Positions 18,982-28,426 of a stretch of 64,000 nucleotides of DNA are shown here, piece by piece. The stretch's first letter is position 1, and each line of letters opens with the position of its first letter. The stretch comes from Patescibacteria group bacterium (lineage in GTDB: Bacteria; Patescibacteriota; Minisyncoccia; UBA6257; 2-01-FULL-56-20). The stretch is taken from the NCBI GenBank assembly GCA_024654525.1, contig JANLHI010000032.1:128172-192171 (forward strand), read 5' to 3'. The position numbers and the translations under genes are program-made. The notes beneath the pieces are model-generated. The model worked only from the letters and a program-made list of their open reading frames with translations. It was not told the DNA's origin and searched no databases.

Positions 18982-20054
18982 CCAACAAGCTTGTTCTTAT
19001 AACCGGAGGTGCGGGGTTTATAGGGTCGCACACCGCCGATCTCCTCAAAGAAAAAGGATATCGTGTGCGTATTATGGATAATTTGGCGCGTCAGGTGCAT
19101 GGGGGAAAATGGCCTCGTTATGTGCAAGAAAAGGGTTTTGAGCTTCAACGGGGAGACGTGACGAAGAAGAAGGATTGGGAGGAGGCGCTTCAGGGTGTTT
19201 CGTATGTGTTCCACCTCGCGGCATATCAGGATCAGCGTCCCGATTTTGGTGAGTTTTTCCGTGTGAATACGGTGGGTACCGCACTACTCTATGAAACGGC
19301 GGTCGCGGAAAAAATAAAATTAAAGAGAGTGGTGCTCGCGAGTTCGCAATTCGCGTACGGCGACGGCGCATATCGGTGCAAGCATCAAAAAGAAGTGTTC
19401 TATCCCGAATTGAGGAGCGAAGCGGATTTGAAAAAGAAGCGGTTTGATATCACGTGTCCTCATGGCGGTGTGGCGCATTTCGCTTCCTTTCGGGAAGACC
19501 AGCAACTCACTCCCATAAACTCCTACGGGCTTTCCAAGGAGTCTTTAGAGCGCCTTGGTATGAGGCTTGGGAAAACCTACGGCGTTCCCACGGTGGCATT
19601 GCGGTATTCCATTGTACAGGGTGCACGGCAGTCGCCTCGGAATTTATATTCCGGTGCGCTCCGAATATTTACACTTCAAGCGCTTCGTAATGAGCCGATC
19701 ACCGTGTATGAGGATGGGAATCAATTGCGCGATTTCGTAAATGTGAAAGATGTTGCCCAAGCGAATTTGCTCGCACTTACAAAAAAAGATTCGGTATTCG
19801 GGATATTTAATGTGGGAGGAGGGAAGGGATATTGTGTGTCGGATTTTGCGCAAATAGTCAAAAATATTACCGGTTCATCTTCTCGTATTGTAATAGGAGG
19901 ATATAGGAGGACGGATAGTCGCCATGCGGTTTCCGATATTGGAAAAATGAAACGTCTCGGATGGATCCCATCTGCAACGCCGGAGGATTCGGTGCGTGAA
20001 TATGTTGCGTGGCTTCGCAATGAAGTCGCATACCGTTCTTTATTCCTCCGATAA
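18978..20054 (+). CDS. NAD-dependent epimerase/dehydratase
   Basis: GGAGFIG, YGLSK, LRDFVNV. Confidence 0.9.
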   Translation: MTNKLVLITGGAGFIGSHTADLLKEKGYRVRIMDNLARQVHGGKWPRYVQEKGFELQRGDVTKKKDWEEALQGVSYVFHLAAYQDQRPDFGEFFRVNTVGTALLYETAVAEKIKLKRVVLASSQFAYGDGAYRCKHQKEVFYPELRSEADLKKKRFDITCPHGGVAHFASFREDQQLTPINSYGLSKESLERLGMRLGKTYGVPTVALRYSIVQGARQSPRNLYSGALRIFTLQALRNEPITVYEDGNQLRDFVNVKDVAQANLLALTKKDSVFGIFNVGGGKGYCVSDFAQIVKNITGSSSRIVIGGYRRTDSRHAVSDIGKMKRLGWIPSATPEDSVREYVAWLRNEVAYRSLFLR

Positions 20055-21356
20055 ATTTGAGTGCGGTGTGTTATGAGGGGGAAGAAACAATGCAAGCGAG
20101 AGCAGTATCCACATAAGGCGAAATGTAGACATGTTATCGAAGAATGATGCGATGAAAAGTCCGATAAGCGATGCGAAGAGGTAAAGGGGGATATGTTCAA
20201 ATCGCATCGCGCGTCCAGCGATGTTTTTAATTCCTGCTCCCAAGAGCATTAGCCATCCTGCGAGTCCGAGAGGTCCCGTAAGTGCCAAGAGTTCAAGGGG
20301 GGTATTGTGTGGTCCTTGAGGTCCCGCGCCGATGTCTATTGGAGTATAAGAGATTCCGAGTCCCCATGGACGATCCAAAAGCATATTCCAATATATAGTC
20401 CAGAGTTTTGTGCGGTGATTATCGGATAGCTGTACGGAAAAATTTTTTTGTTGTAGCGCGGTTATTTCGGTAATGGCGCTTTGATCGGGTTGGCAAATAT
20501 TTGTTTCGTTATCAAGGAAATATGCTCTAAAGTCAGGAGAAATTCTTCCGATTACAAGATTTCTGCTGTAGCAGGGGAGAATAGCGAAACTTAGTATCGG
20601 GATTATAATAAAAAGTATGGCTATTGTTATGCTGGCGCGGGACATGATATTTGCGCGGTGACGGAATGCCCATGTGCCCATTATGAGTATTAACACAAGT
20701 GTTATTCCCACCCAGCTTGCGCGGGATTGAGTCCATAACATAATTGCCACTAAGACGACCGTGCCAAGATATGTGAGTATTGCAGTCTTTCGTTTTTTTT
20801 CTTCGAACGCGATGAGCCACCATATGAATAGCATGGTGATACTCGCGATAAGATAGTAGCCGATGTTTGATGGCCAGTTTTCAAAAAGCTGGAAGCGATA
20901 CATCTCGGTTGCGAAATAATCAGGAGAGAAAAAAACGATTGCGTAGGTAAGTGTGCTGAGTTGCACTACGGCTGCTTTTTTTGCAAATAAAGAATTGCGA
21001 GAGAGAAGTACTCCCGAAAGAAACAGTATGGAAATTACTTCTCCAAAGCGAAATATTTCTAGAATATTTTCTCCGGATAACGATGCGGAGTGAGAAGCGA
21101 GTGTGATAATTTCTGCGAGTGCACCGCCTCCACACAGTAATAGTATTCCCCATACGATTGTTTTTGAGAATTTCGGCAAAGGAGCTCTGGGAGGAATACG
21201 GTATGCGACTAGCGTTGCCAGAATGCTTATAAAAATGAATATGTCACTTGCCCGTTTTAGTACCCATGGGTATTCATTGTTTCGTACGATAAGGAATGCG
21301 ATTGCGGCGAGGAAACACCATTCCGCCATGGCAAAGATTCTTTGTTTTGTAAACAT
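20040..21356 (-). CDS. O-antigen ligase/polymerase family membrane protein
   Basis: Multiple TM helices, TQSRASW, PWGLG, PHNTPLEL. Confidence 0.85.
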   Translation of the reverse strand: MFTKQRIFAMAEWCFLAAIAFLIVRNNEYPWVLKRASDIFIFISILATLVAYRIPPRAPLPKFSKTIVWGILLLCGGGALAEIITLASHSASLSGENILEIFRFGEVISILFLSGVLLSRNSLFAKKAAVVQLSTLTYAIVFFSPDYFATEMYRFQLFENWPSNIGYYLIASITMLFIWWLIAFEEKKRKTAILTYLGTVVLVAIMLWTQSRASWVGITLVLILIMGTWAFRHRANIMSRASITIAILFIIIPILSFAILPCYSRNLVIGRISPDFRAYFLDNETNICQPDQSAITEITALQQKNFSVQLSDNHRTKLWTIYWNMLLDRPWGLGISYTPIDIGAGPQGPHNTPLELLALTGPLGLAGWLMLLGAGIKNIAGRAMRFEHIPLYLFASLIGLFIASFFDNMSTFRLMWILLSLALFLPPHNTPHSNLSEE

Positions 21357-21411
21357 GTCAGAATTGTAGTCTATTTTGACCGTTTGGGTAATTTATTGTA
21401 GAGTAAGACCC

Positions 21412-22431
21412 ATGATTGTGGTACGCGCACCGCTTCGATTGAGTTTTGTGGGAGGAGGAACCGACCAGCCGGGTTTCTATAAACGCGCACCCGGACGCGT
21501 TGTTTCGACAACGATTGATAAGTTTGTGTATCTTGTGATTAATCGTACTCCGCTTATCAAAAAAGTGTCAGCGCGTTACTCGGCCTCGGAAACGGTGAAT
21601 CATCCCTCGGAACTTCAGCATACTCGTATTCGTGCCGCACTTACTGATCTTGGTATTGAGTCGGGGATAGAGGTGGGGTCGTTTGCGTCACTTCCGGCGA
21701 AGACGGGGCTTGGGTCCTCTTCGAGTTTCACCGTGGCGCTCCTTAAAGGACTCCACGCATTCAAAGGAAGTAAGCTTGATTCTCGCGAAGTTGCGGAAGC
21801 CGCATCGCGTCTTGAGATGGAGCTTATACAAGAGCCTATCGGAAAGCAGGATCAATATGCGGCGGCATTTGGTGGTTTCAACATGTTTCAATTCAATGCG
21901 GATAATTCGGTGGAGGTAACATCGATGTTCTTGAGCTATAAAAATCATTTAGGACTTGAACAACACCTCCTTCTTTTTTTCACGGGACTTACGCGCGCGG
22001 CATCAAGTGTGCTTACCGAACAAAGGGAGAAGCTTGATGCGAAATTCGAAACATATAGAACTATGGCGGATTCGGTGTCGGAATTTGCGGAGCGTCTTGC
22101 GGCGGCGGATTTTAAGGGACTGGGCGGCATGCTCCATGACGGGTGGCAAAAAAAGAAAAGCTTAGCATCCGGAGTTTCAAGTTCTGTAATCGATCGACTC
22201 TATGATGCGGGTATGAATGCCGGCGCATGGGGAGGAAAAGTGGCAGGCGCGGGTGGTGGAGGGTGTGTGATGTTTCTTGCTTCTCCGGAAACGCATACTA
22301 CTATACGTGCATCGGTGGCGAAGGTTGCACATGAAAATAATCTTCAGGATTTTCAGGAAATCCCCGTCCATTTTTCAAAATCTGGCGCGGAGATTCTTTA
22401 CAACGGCGACTGGGCGGTGCATTTGGGTTAA
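21412..22431 (+). CDS. hddA: D-glycero-alpha-D-manno-heptose 7-phosphate kinase (GHMP family)
   Basis: RAPLRLSFVGGGTD, GLGSSSS, IGKQDQYAAAFGG, GAGGGG. Confidence 0.88.
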   Translation: MIVVRAPLRLSFVGGGTDQPGFYKRAPGRVVSTTIDKFVYLVINRTPLIKKVSARYSASETVNHPSELQHTRIRAALTDLGIESGIEVGSFASLPAKTGLGSSSSFTVALLKGLHAFKGSKLDSREVAEAASRLEMELIQEPIGKQDQYAAAFGGFNMFQFNADNSVEVTSMFLSYKNHLGLEQHLLLFFTGLTRAASSVLTEQREKLDAKFETYRTMADSVSEFAERLAAADFKGLGGMLHDGWQKKKSLASGVSSSVIDRLYDAGMNAGAWGGKVAGAGGGGCVMFLASPETHTTIRASVAKVAHENNLQDFQEIPVHFSKSGAEILYNGDWAVHLG

Positions 22432-22440
22432 TTTCTATTC

Positions 22441-23037
22441 ATGCAACACTATATCAAAGAATATCTCGAACGCGAGATTGAAATGCTTCGTAATCTTCCT
22501 CATGAAGAAATTGCAAAAGCGATTGACGTGCTCCACGCGTGCTACGAGCGCGATGGGCGCATCTATATTTTTGGAAACGGGGGTTCGCTCGCGATAGCGA
22601 CGCATTGGGTGAGCGATTTTAATAAAACCGTATTCAGTCACAATCTCAAACATTCTGCGCGACGGTTTCAGGCAATTCGTGTGCCGACGACGGAGTCCGA
22701 GCTCACCGCATGGGCGAACGATGTGGGGTACGACATGGTGTTTGCCGGACCGCTTCAAAATTATCTTCAAGACTCGGATGTGGTGGTGGCAATTTCAAGT
22801 TCGGGAAATTCCGAAAATATTATCAAAGCGGTAGAGCTTGCGAAATCGCGCAAAATTCCGGTAATAGGCCTTTCGGGATTTGATGGGGGAAAATTGAATG
22901 AGTTGTCGGATATCAAAGTCCTTGTTTCGAGTTCTCAAGGAGAGTATGAGCTGGTGGAAGGAGCGCACATGGTGATATTCCACCTTATGACAAAATATTT
23001 TAAGGATTACCTTGACCATGCAAGCAAAAAGCAATGA
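22441..23037 (+). CDS. gmhA: Phosphoheptose isomerase (SIS domain)
   Basis: FGNGGS, LTAWAND, ISSSGNSENI, GFDGG. Confidence 0.88.
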   Translation: MQHYIKEYLEREIEMLRNLPHEEIAKAIDVLHACYERDGRIYIFGNGGSLAIATHWVSDFNKTVFSHNLKHSARRFQAIRVPTTESELTAWANDVGYDMVFAGPLQNYLQDSDVVVAISSSGNSENIIKAVELAKSRKIPVIGLSGFDGGKLNELSDIKVLVSSSQGEYELVEGAHMVIFHLMTKYFKDYLDHASKKQ

Positions 23038-23665
23038 TACCACTCACAAGAAAGAGGAGCGGGCTTGCCCGCCAAAGCCCCGCCTGCCGACAGGCGGGTT
23101 CGCGCGAAGGCGGGCCGTTTTCCTCGATCGCGACGGGGTAATCAATCACGAAGTGAATTATCTCGCGCGCGTGGAAGACCTTCGTCTTATCCGCGGCGCG
23201 GCGGCGGCAATCAGGCGGTTGAATACACTCGGCATCCTCGCGGTGGTAATCACCAATCAGGGCGGAATTGCAAAGGGCTTATTTACCGAGAAAGACCTCC
23301 ACAGAATCCACAAAGAAATACACCGGCGACTCGGGCGGCAGGGGGCTCGCCTCGACGGCGTTTTTTATTGCCCGCATCGTCCGGAAGGGGTGGTGAAGGA
23401 GTATGTAACCGTGTGCCTGTGTCGGAAACCCGGGACGCTTATGGTGGAAAAAGCGGTGAAGGAATTGGATATTGATTTTAAAAAAAGTTTTTTTGTGGGC
23501 GACGCGACGCTTGATATCCTTACGGGGAAAAATGCGGGTGTGACGACAATTTTGGTGGAAACCGGTTATGGAGGAAGTGACAAAAAACACGAAGTGACGC
23601 CGGATTTTACCGCAAAAGACCTGTCGCATGCGGTAAAAATTATAGAGAAACACGGTAAGAAATAA
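23018..23665 (+). CDS. gmhB: D,D-heptose 1,7-bisphosphate phosphatase carrying a 17-codon palindromic insertion
   Basis: AVFLDRDGVIN, TNQGG, CPH, CLCRKP, FVGD. Confidence 0.9.
   Translation: MQAKSNDTTHKKEERACPPKPRLPTGGFARRRAVFLDRDGVINHEVNYLARVEDLRLIRGAAAAIRRLNTLGILAVVITNQGGIAKGLFTEKDLHRIHKEIHRRLGRQGARLDGVFYCPHRPEGVVKEYVTVCLCRKPGTLMVEKAVKELDIDFKKSFFVGDATLDILTGKNAGVTTILVETGYGGSDKKHEVTPDFTAKDLSHAVKIIEKHGKK
23065..23115. repeat. Nested GC-rich palindromic element inserted in frame in gmhB
   Basis: GCCCGCC...CCCGCCTG-ccga-CAGGCGGG...GGCGGGC; GCGGGC duplicated at 23059-64 and 23110-15. Confidence 0.8.
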
Positions 23666-24447
23666 TGAGTAATCAACAATCAATGTTTATTAAACAAGCC
23701 GTCATTCTTTCCGCGGGGCTTGGCACGCGCCTCCGTCCGCTCACGGACAATATCCCGAAAGTGATGATTCCTCTCGCGGGGAAGCCCCTGCTTCACTGGC
23801 ACATCGAGCAGTTCAAAAAACACGGTGTTACGGATTTTTTCATCAATCTTCATTATTTGCCCGACACGATACGGGATTATTTTGGTGACGGTTCGCAGTT
23901 TGGAGTAAAAATCATCTATGTATACGAGCCCGAGATCATGGGTACTGCAGGCGGGATGAAAAATTTTGATGGAACCCTTGATGATGTTTTTTTCTTAATG
24001 TATGGCGACATGGCAAGTTTTCTCGATTATAGAAAGATGGCGGATGCTTTTTTTGCAAAGCCTGCTGATGCACTTGGCATGATGGTGGTGGGGCACAACA
24101 ATCATCCGCAGGACTCCGACCTTGTAGTGGCGGATAAAACGCTCAAATTTGAAAATATTTATATCAAACCGCACAAGGAAATGCCCGCCTCGCCGACAAG
24201 CGAACCGCTGCCTTTTTATACAATGGACGCGGCATTCGTATTTCGGAAAGAAATTTTAAAATACATTCCCGCGAAGACTCGCTATCAGATTGACCACGAC
24301 TTACTTCCCAAAATTCTCGCGGAAGGAAAGTCATTTTATGGCTACGAAACGAATGAGTATCTCTACGATGTGGGCACGATGGAGCGCTATCGCGCGGCGG
24401 AGGAATATGCAAAGAAGATTACCAACCCCAACCACTCTATTGAGTAG
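23665..24447 (+). CDS. Sugar-phosphate nucleotidyltransferase (HddC-like, heptose 1-phosphate guanylyltransferase)
   Basis: LSAGLGTRLRPLT...PKVM, GTAGG, YGD, DVGT; in the hddA-gmhA-gmhB operon. Confidence 0.82.
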   Translation: MSNQQSMFIKQAVILSAGLGTRLRPLTDNIPKVMIPLAGKPLLHWHIEQFKKHGVTDFFINLHYLPDTIRDYFGDGSQFGVKIIYVYEPEIMGTAGGMKNFDGTLDDVFFLMYGDMASFLDYRKMADAFFAKPADALGMMVVGHNNHPQDSDLVVADKTLKFENIYIKPHKEMPASPTSEPLPFYTMDAAFVFRKEILKYIPAKTRYQIDHDLLPKILAEGKSFYGYETNEYLYDVGTMERYRAAEEYAKKITNPNHSIE

Positions 24448-24467
24448 CGGAAGTTCTATAGTGTTTT

Positions 24468-24509
24468 AAAACCTTACATCACTCACGATCGTGAGTGATG
24501 TAAGGTTTT
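24468..24509. repeat. Perfect 42-bp palindrome (possible bidirectional terminator or cruciform)
   Basis: AAAACCTTACATCACTCACGA|TCGTGAGTGATGTAAGGTTTT. Confidence 0.9.
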
Positions 24510-24543
24510 TCTCAATACGTTTCTTAATGGTGTAAAAACTAAA

Positions 24544-24575
24544 CACCGCGCAAACCCCATGGGGTCTGCGCGGTG
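24544..24575 (-). terminator. Near-perfect 32-bp palindrome, probable terminator of the minus-strand gene
   Basis: CACCGCGCAAACCCCA|TGGGGTCTGCGCGGTG (1 mismatch), with T-rich tail on the minus strand. Confidence 0.65.
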
Positions 24576-24622
24576 CGCGAAATTGCTACTGTTTCCGAAT
24601 TTCTATCAGTACTGCCTCGCGT

Positions 24623-25442
24623 TTAGTCCGCGAGGAGGAAATCCCGGGTTGCCTCGTGCGGCCAGGGGAGGGTGAACGGCGTCCTGTGGTCGAGCGCCAT
24701 CCATTCCGACCCGCCCCATTGGTTCAGAATGGGGATGTAGCGGGCAAACCACTCTCCCGGATCATTAAAGGCGACGAGGAAGCAATAATCCGGATTGTTG
24801 AATTTCTGGTTGAATTTCAGGATAAGGCGGAGCGCATCCTCCGCGAGGCGTTCGGGGAAGGCGTCGCGCTTGGTATAGTCAGGCCTTGGATAAATAAGTG
24901 CTTCGCCTGCGCGTACTCCTGTGAGTACGGTTACGAATGCTTCGCTTTCCCAAAGATCAATCATGTCGTTTCCAATTCTGAGTTCTTTTGGCTCGGTGCC
25001 GGGTTGGAGTACATGCCAGTGATGATGCGGGAAGTTTTGCCCCGCGCCGTACCCGACATGGGTAAAAATCCACGTGGGGAACGGGTCGGTTCTTCCACAT
25101 ATCATTTCATCTCGGGCGAACCGAAGTGCGGTAGAAAGCAGCTTTCCCCCCCCCTAAACTCCACAGCGTTATCGCATCCCAACATTCATCGGGAGTGATG
25201 AGACGATGGAATGAGAAAGGGCTGTTGTTGTTCTGAAATCCTTTCCATCTTCGCGAGAGAGAATGCTCGTCAATCTGTGGTTGTGTACAAAGGGGGCAAT
25301 CCTCCCTTTTATGGGGATATTGTGGGCAGTTCATAGGAACTTGCCACGGTCGAACTGTTTTTACTGCCGTCCGTGTCCCGCCGCACAGAGTGAGATGTCC
25401 GCCAATCGTGGTTTGTACCACGCCCTCAAGAGGGATTTTCAT
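24623..25442 (-). pseudogene. GalT/HIT-like protein split by a frameshift in a G9 tract
   Basis: CPLC and NNNSPF in 25107-25442; GAGQNFPHHHWH and GGSE in 24623-25105; removing one G from 25146-25154 joins them into about 272 aa. Confidence 0.7.
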
Positions 25443-25588
25443 GGTTGATTCCTTTCGTTTCAGTCGTTATTTATTTGCCAAATTTGCAGCTTCCCCATGT
25501 CCGCAAACCGGCCATGAGAAGTGGGGATATAATGTCATTTTAAATAGTGTTTGTCAACAATAACAACTTTTGTTACGCTATATGCACT

Positions 25589-26410
25589 ATGCCTCGCGTA
25601 AGTATCATTATGGCGACGTACAATCGTGCCGCGCTTTTACATAAAGCAGTGGAGAGTGTGATGCGTCAAACTATGAAGGATTGGGAGCTGATTATTATCA
25701 ACGACGCGTCTTCGGATGACACGCAGAATAAACTCGCGGAGCTTCGCGCTCGCGACAAGAGAATCATCACGCTCGCGAACGAAGTGAATCTCGGCATTTC
25801 CAAAACCTATAACAAAGGATTTCGTGTTGCGAAAGGGGAGTTTATTGCAATGATTGATGACGATGACGCGTGGATTCCCGATAATAAATTAGAAAAACAA
25901 GTGCGATTTCTCGGTTCACATTCCGACTACGTGGGGTGTGGCGGTGGTGTGATTGCAGTAGCTACGGAAGGAAAGGAATTATATCGGTATTTAAAACCCG
26001 AACGCGACGAGGAAATTCGGCGTTACATGCTTTTTTCCAATCCGATGGCGAACAGTACCACGGTATTTCGCCGTGAGGTTGGTGAGAAGGTGGGGTGGTA
26101 CGACGAATCCATCCGTTATGCGGGTGATCGGGATTTTTGGTTGAAAATGGGGCTTCAAGGAAAGCTTTGCAATGTGCCCGATTATTTTTCTTATTACACC
26201 AAAGGAACTGCGAATACCTCTATCGCAAGAATGCGCCCACATCTCAAGACTGCATTTATGGTGATGCGGCGCTATAAGGGGAAATATCCTCGATATACTG
26301 CGGCATTTTGCGCAAATCTTATTCAGTATTGGTATGCCTTTCTCCCTGCGGGAATACGGAATGCGTCCCATACGACTGCGGCGCGCGTGAAACGGATGCT
26401 GTTCAAGTAA
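25589..26410 (+). CDS. Glycosyltransferase family 2
   Basis: VSIIMATYNR, NDASSD, IDDDD. Confidence 0.92.
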   Translation: MPRVSIIMATYNRAALLHKAVESVMRQTMKDWELIIINDASSDDTQNKLAELRARDKRIITLANEVNLGISKTYNKGFRVAKGEFIAMIDDDDAWIPDNKLEKQVRFLGSHSDYVGCGGGVIAVATEGKELYRYLKPERDEEIRRYMLFSNPMANSTTVFRREVGEKVGWYDESIRYAGDRDFWLKMGLQGKLCNVPDYFSYYTKGTANTSIARMRPHLKTAFMVMRRYKGKYPRYTAAFCANLIQYWYAFLPAGIRNASHTTAARVKRMLFK

Positions 26411-26414
26411 ATAA

Positions 26415-27881
26415 TTACCCGCCGAGTATCGCGTGTCGGGCTTCCTTGAGCAATGGTTCTTTAAGGAGGTAGAGCGCAAGTGCGTACACAATCCCTCCGA
26501 GCGCGATTATTCCGATTACATGCACGCCGATGAAAGCGAAGAGAAGAGTGATTGCCGTCATCGCGAGTGTGGATACGATTGCGATGGGCAGGTAAGTGAA
26601 TACCGCGAAAGGAACATGGGTGCGGAGCGTGCCCCAAAGGTACGCGGTACTTGCTATTTGTGCAATGAAGGTTGCCCACGCGCATCCGGCGATGCCGAAT
26701 TGCGGGATGAGGAGGAGATTCAGTGCTACGTTCGAGAGCCCGCCGATCGTGGCATATACGGTAAGCGCTTTCGAGCGGTGATAGGCGAAAAGTGCGTTTG
26801 AGAGAATCACCACGGGGAAATCAACAATGAGCGTGAGGAGAAGAATCCGGAACGCATCGGTGCCGGGGAGGAACTCCGTGCCGAAAAGAAAAGAAATAAT
26901 ATGAGGCGCGAGGACAATGCCGCCCGCGGCGAGCGGAAGTGCGATGAGAAATATGGCGGTAAGCGTTTTCTCAAGTGCGGCTTTCATAAGTGGCGGCGCG
27001 GTTGTAGCAAGACGTGAAAACGCAGGAAATGCGCTTACCGCGAGAATGGAGGGGATGATATAGAGGAGTTGTACGATGCGGTACACTGCCGAATAAAATC
27101 CGACATCTTCCGCCGAGCGGAGCCAGCCTACCATAAGTACGTCGGTGTTGAGCATAAGGAGCCCGAGGAGCGCCGCAAGCGACAGCGGCCACGCGGAAGA
27201 AAAGATGGGCTTTACGAGCTCGGGGGCGAATTGGGAAAAGAATCGGGGCGGGAACTGGCGACGGAGCGCAAAAAATGTTGCGACGGTGCCCGCGGCGATG
27301 CCAAGCGCGTAGGCATACGTGAATGACGCGGGAGTGGGAACGACGGCGAGGAATACGAATCCGAATATGACTATCGCGGTGTTGGTGAGGAGAAAAAGCC
27401 CCGCTTCCCATTCCATCCGTTCCATTGCGCGGATGACGGAGGCGCCGAACTCTCGGAGTGCGTCGAATGCAAGGAGAAATGCAATGATGGGTAGGAGTGG
27501 CTTCGCCGCCGCGATGGTGGTAAAGAGCGGCGCGCCGAAAAGTACAATGGCGACTCCTGCCACGATAAGAACGAATTTAAGGAAAAGTGTAGTGGAGAGG
27601 ATGCGTGCGCGATGCACAGGGTCTGGGTTTTTTGCGGTTTCACGGATGAGTACCTGGCTTATGCCCACGTCGGTAAATGGCGTGAGAAAGGCGGCGAGCG
27701 TTACGCCGTAAGAAAACACTCCCCATCCCTCGGCGCCCAAGAGGCGCGCGGCATAAATAATAACCACGGCGCGGATGAGGCGTCCTCCGAAGTTTGAAAC
27801 GGAAAGCCAGAATGTGTTTTTTGCAATGCGCTGGCGCGTGGAGGCGTTTTTAAAGAGGAAAGACTTTACCCGTGCAAGCAT
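26415..27881 (-). CDS. Wzx-type polysaccharide flippase
   Basis: IAKNTFWL, ARLLG, TDVLMVG...VGFYSA, LIPQFGIAG; many TM helices. Confidence 0.92.
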   Translation of the reverse strand: MLARVKSFLFKNASTRQRIAKNTFWLSVSNFGGRLIRAVVIIYAARLLGAEGWGVFSYGVTLAAFLTPFTDVGISQVLIRETAKNPDPVHRARILSTTLFLKFVLIVAGVAIVLFGAPLFTTIAAAKPLLPIIAFLLAFDALREFGASVIRAMERMEWEAGLFLLTNTAIVIFGFVFLAVVPTPASFTYAYALGIAAGTVATFFALRRQFPPRFFSQFAPELVKPIFSSAWPLSLAALLGLLMLNTDVLMVGWLRSAEDVGFYSAVYRIVQLLYIIPSILAVSAFPAFSRLATTAPPLMKAALEKTLTAIFLIALPLAAGGIVLAPHIISFLFGTEFLPGTDAFRILLLTLIVDFPVVILSNALFAYHRSKALTVYATIGGLSNVALNLLLIPQFGIAGCAWATFIAQIASTAYLWGTLRTHVPFAVFTYLPIAIVSTLAMTAITLLFAFIGVHVIGIIALGGIVYALALYLLKEPLLKEARHAILGG

Positions 27882-27912
27882 TTAGGGTATATTTTAGCGC
27901 ATATAACATGCC

Positions 27913-28371
27913 ATGGCGAACACTCTCAAAAGTAAAAAAATAGTTGCGGTAAGTGGAGGATTCGATCCTATTCATGTGGGGCACGTTCGTCTTTTTGAAG
28001 AAGCGAAAAAATTAGGGGATTATTTGGTGGTGATTTTGAACAATGACAATTGGCTTCGGAAAAAGAAAATCCATATTTTCATGTCCGAAAAGGAACGCGC
28101 CGAAATTATTTCCGGACTTCGCGTAGTGGATGAGGTGGTACTTACCGAACATCCGGAAAATCCGGAGGATGCAAGTGTGTGCGATGCGTTGCGGAAAATC
28201 CGCCCTCATATATTTGCAAATGGGGGAGACAGGACCCATAGTAATATTCCCGAGGTTTCGGTGTGTGAGGAAATCGGGTGCGAGATGATATTCAACGTGG
28301 GTCCGGGTGGGAAGGTGCAATCGAGTTCGTGGTTGCTTTCCGATTATGTGAAGAAAACTACGCAGGAGTAG
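27913..28371 (+). CDS. Cytidylyltransferase-like protein (TagD/RfaE family)
   Basis: SGGFDPIHVGH, FANGGDR, KVQSSS. Confidence 0.88.
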   Translation: MANTLKSKKIVAVSGGFDPIHVGHVRLFEEAKKLGDYLVVILNNDNWLRKKKIHIFMSEKERAEIISGLRVVDEVVLTEHPENPEDASVCDALRKIRPHIFANGGDRTHSNIPEVSVCEEIGCEMIFNVGPGGKVQSSSWLLSDYVKKTTQE

Positions 28372-28386
28372 ATAACACGCGAAATA

Positions 28387-28419
28387 AAAAAAACACCGCG
28401 GGGTGTGCGGTGTTTTTTT
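28387..28419. terminator. Bidirectional terminator between convergent genes
   Basis: A-run CACCGCG-gggtg-TGCGGTG T-run. Confidence 0.8.
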
Positions 28420-28426
28420 ATAGCGA

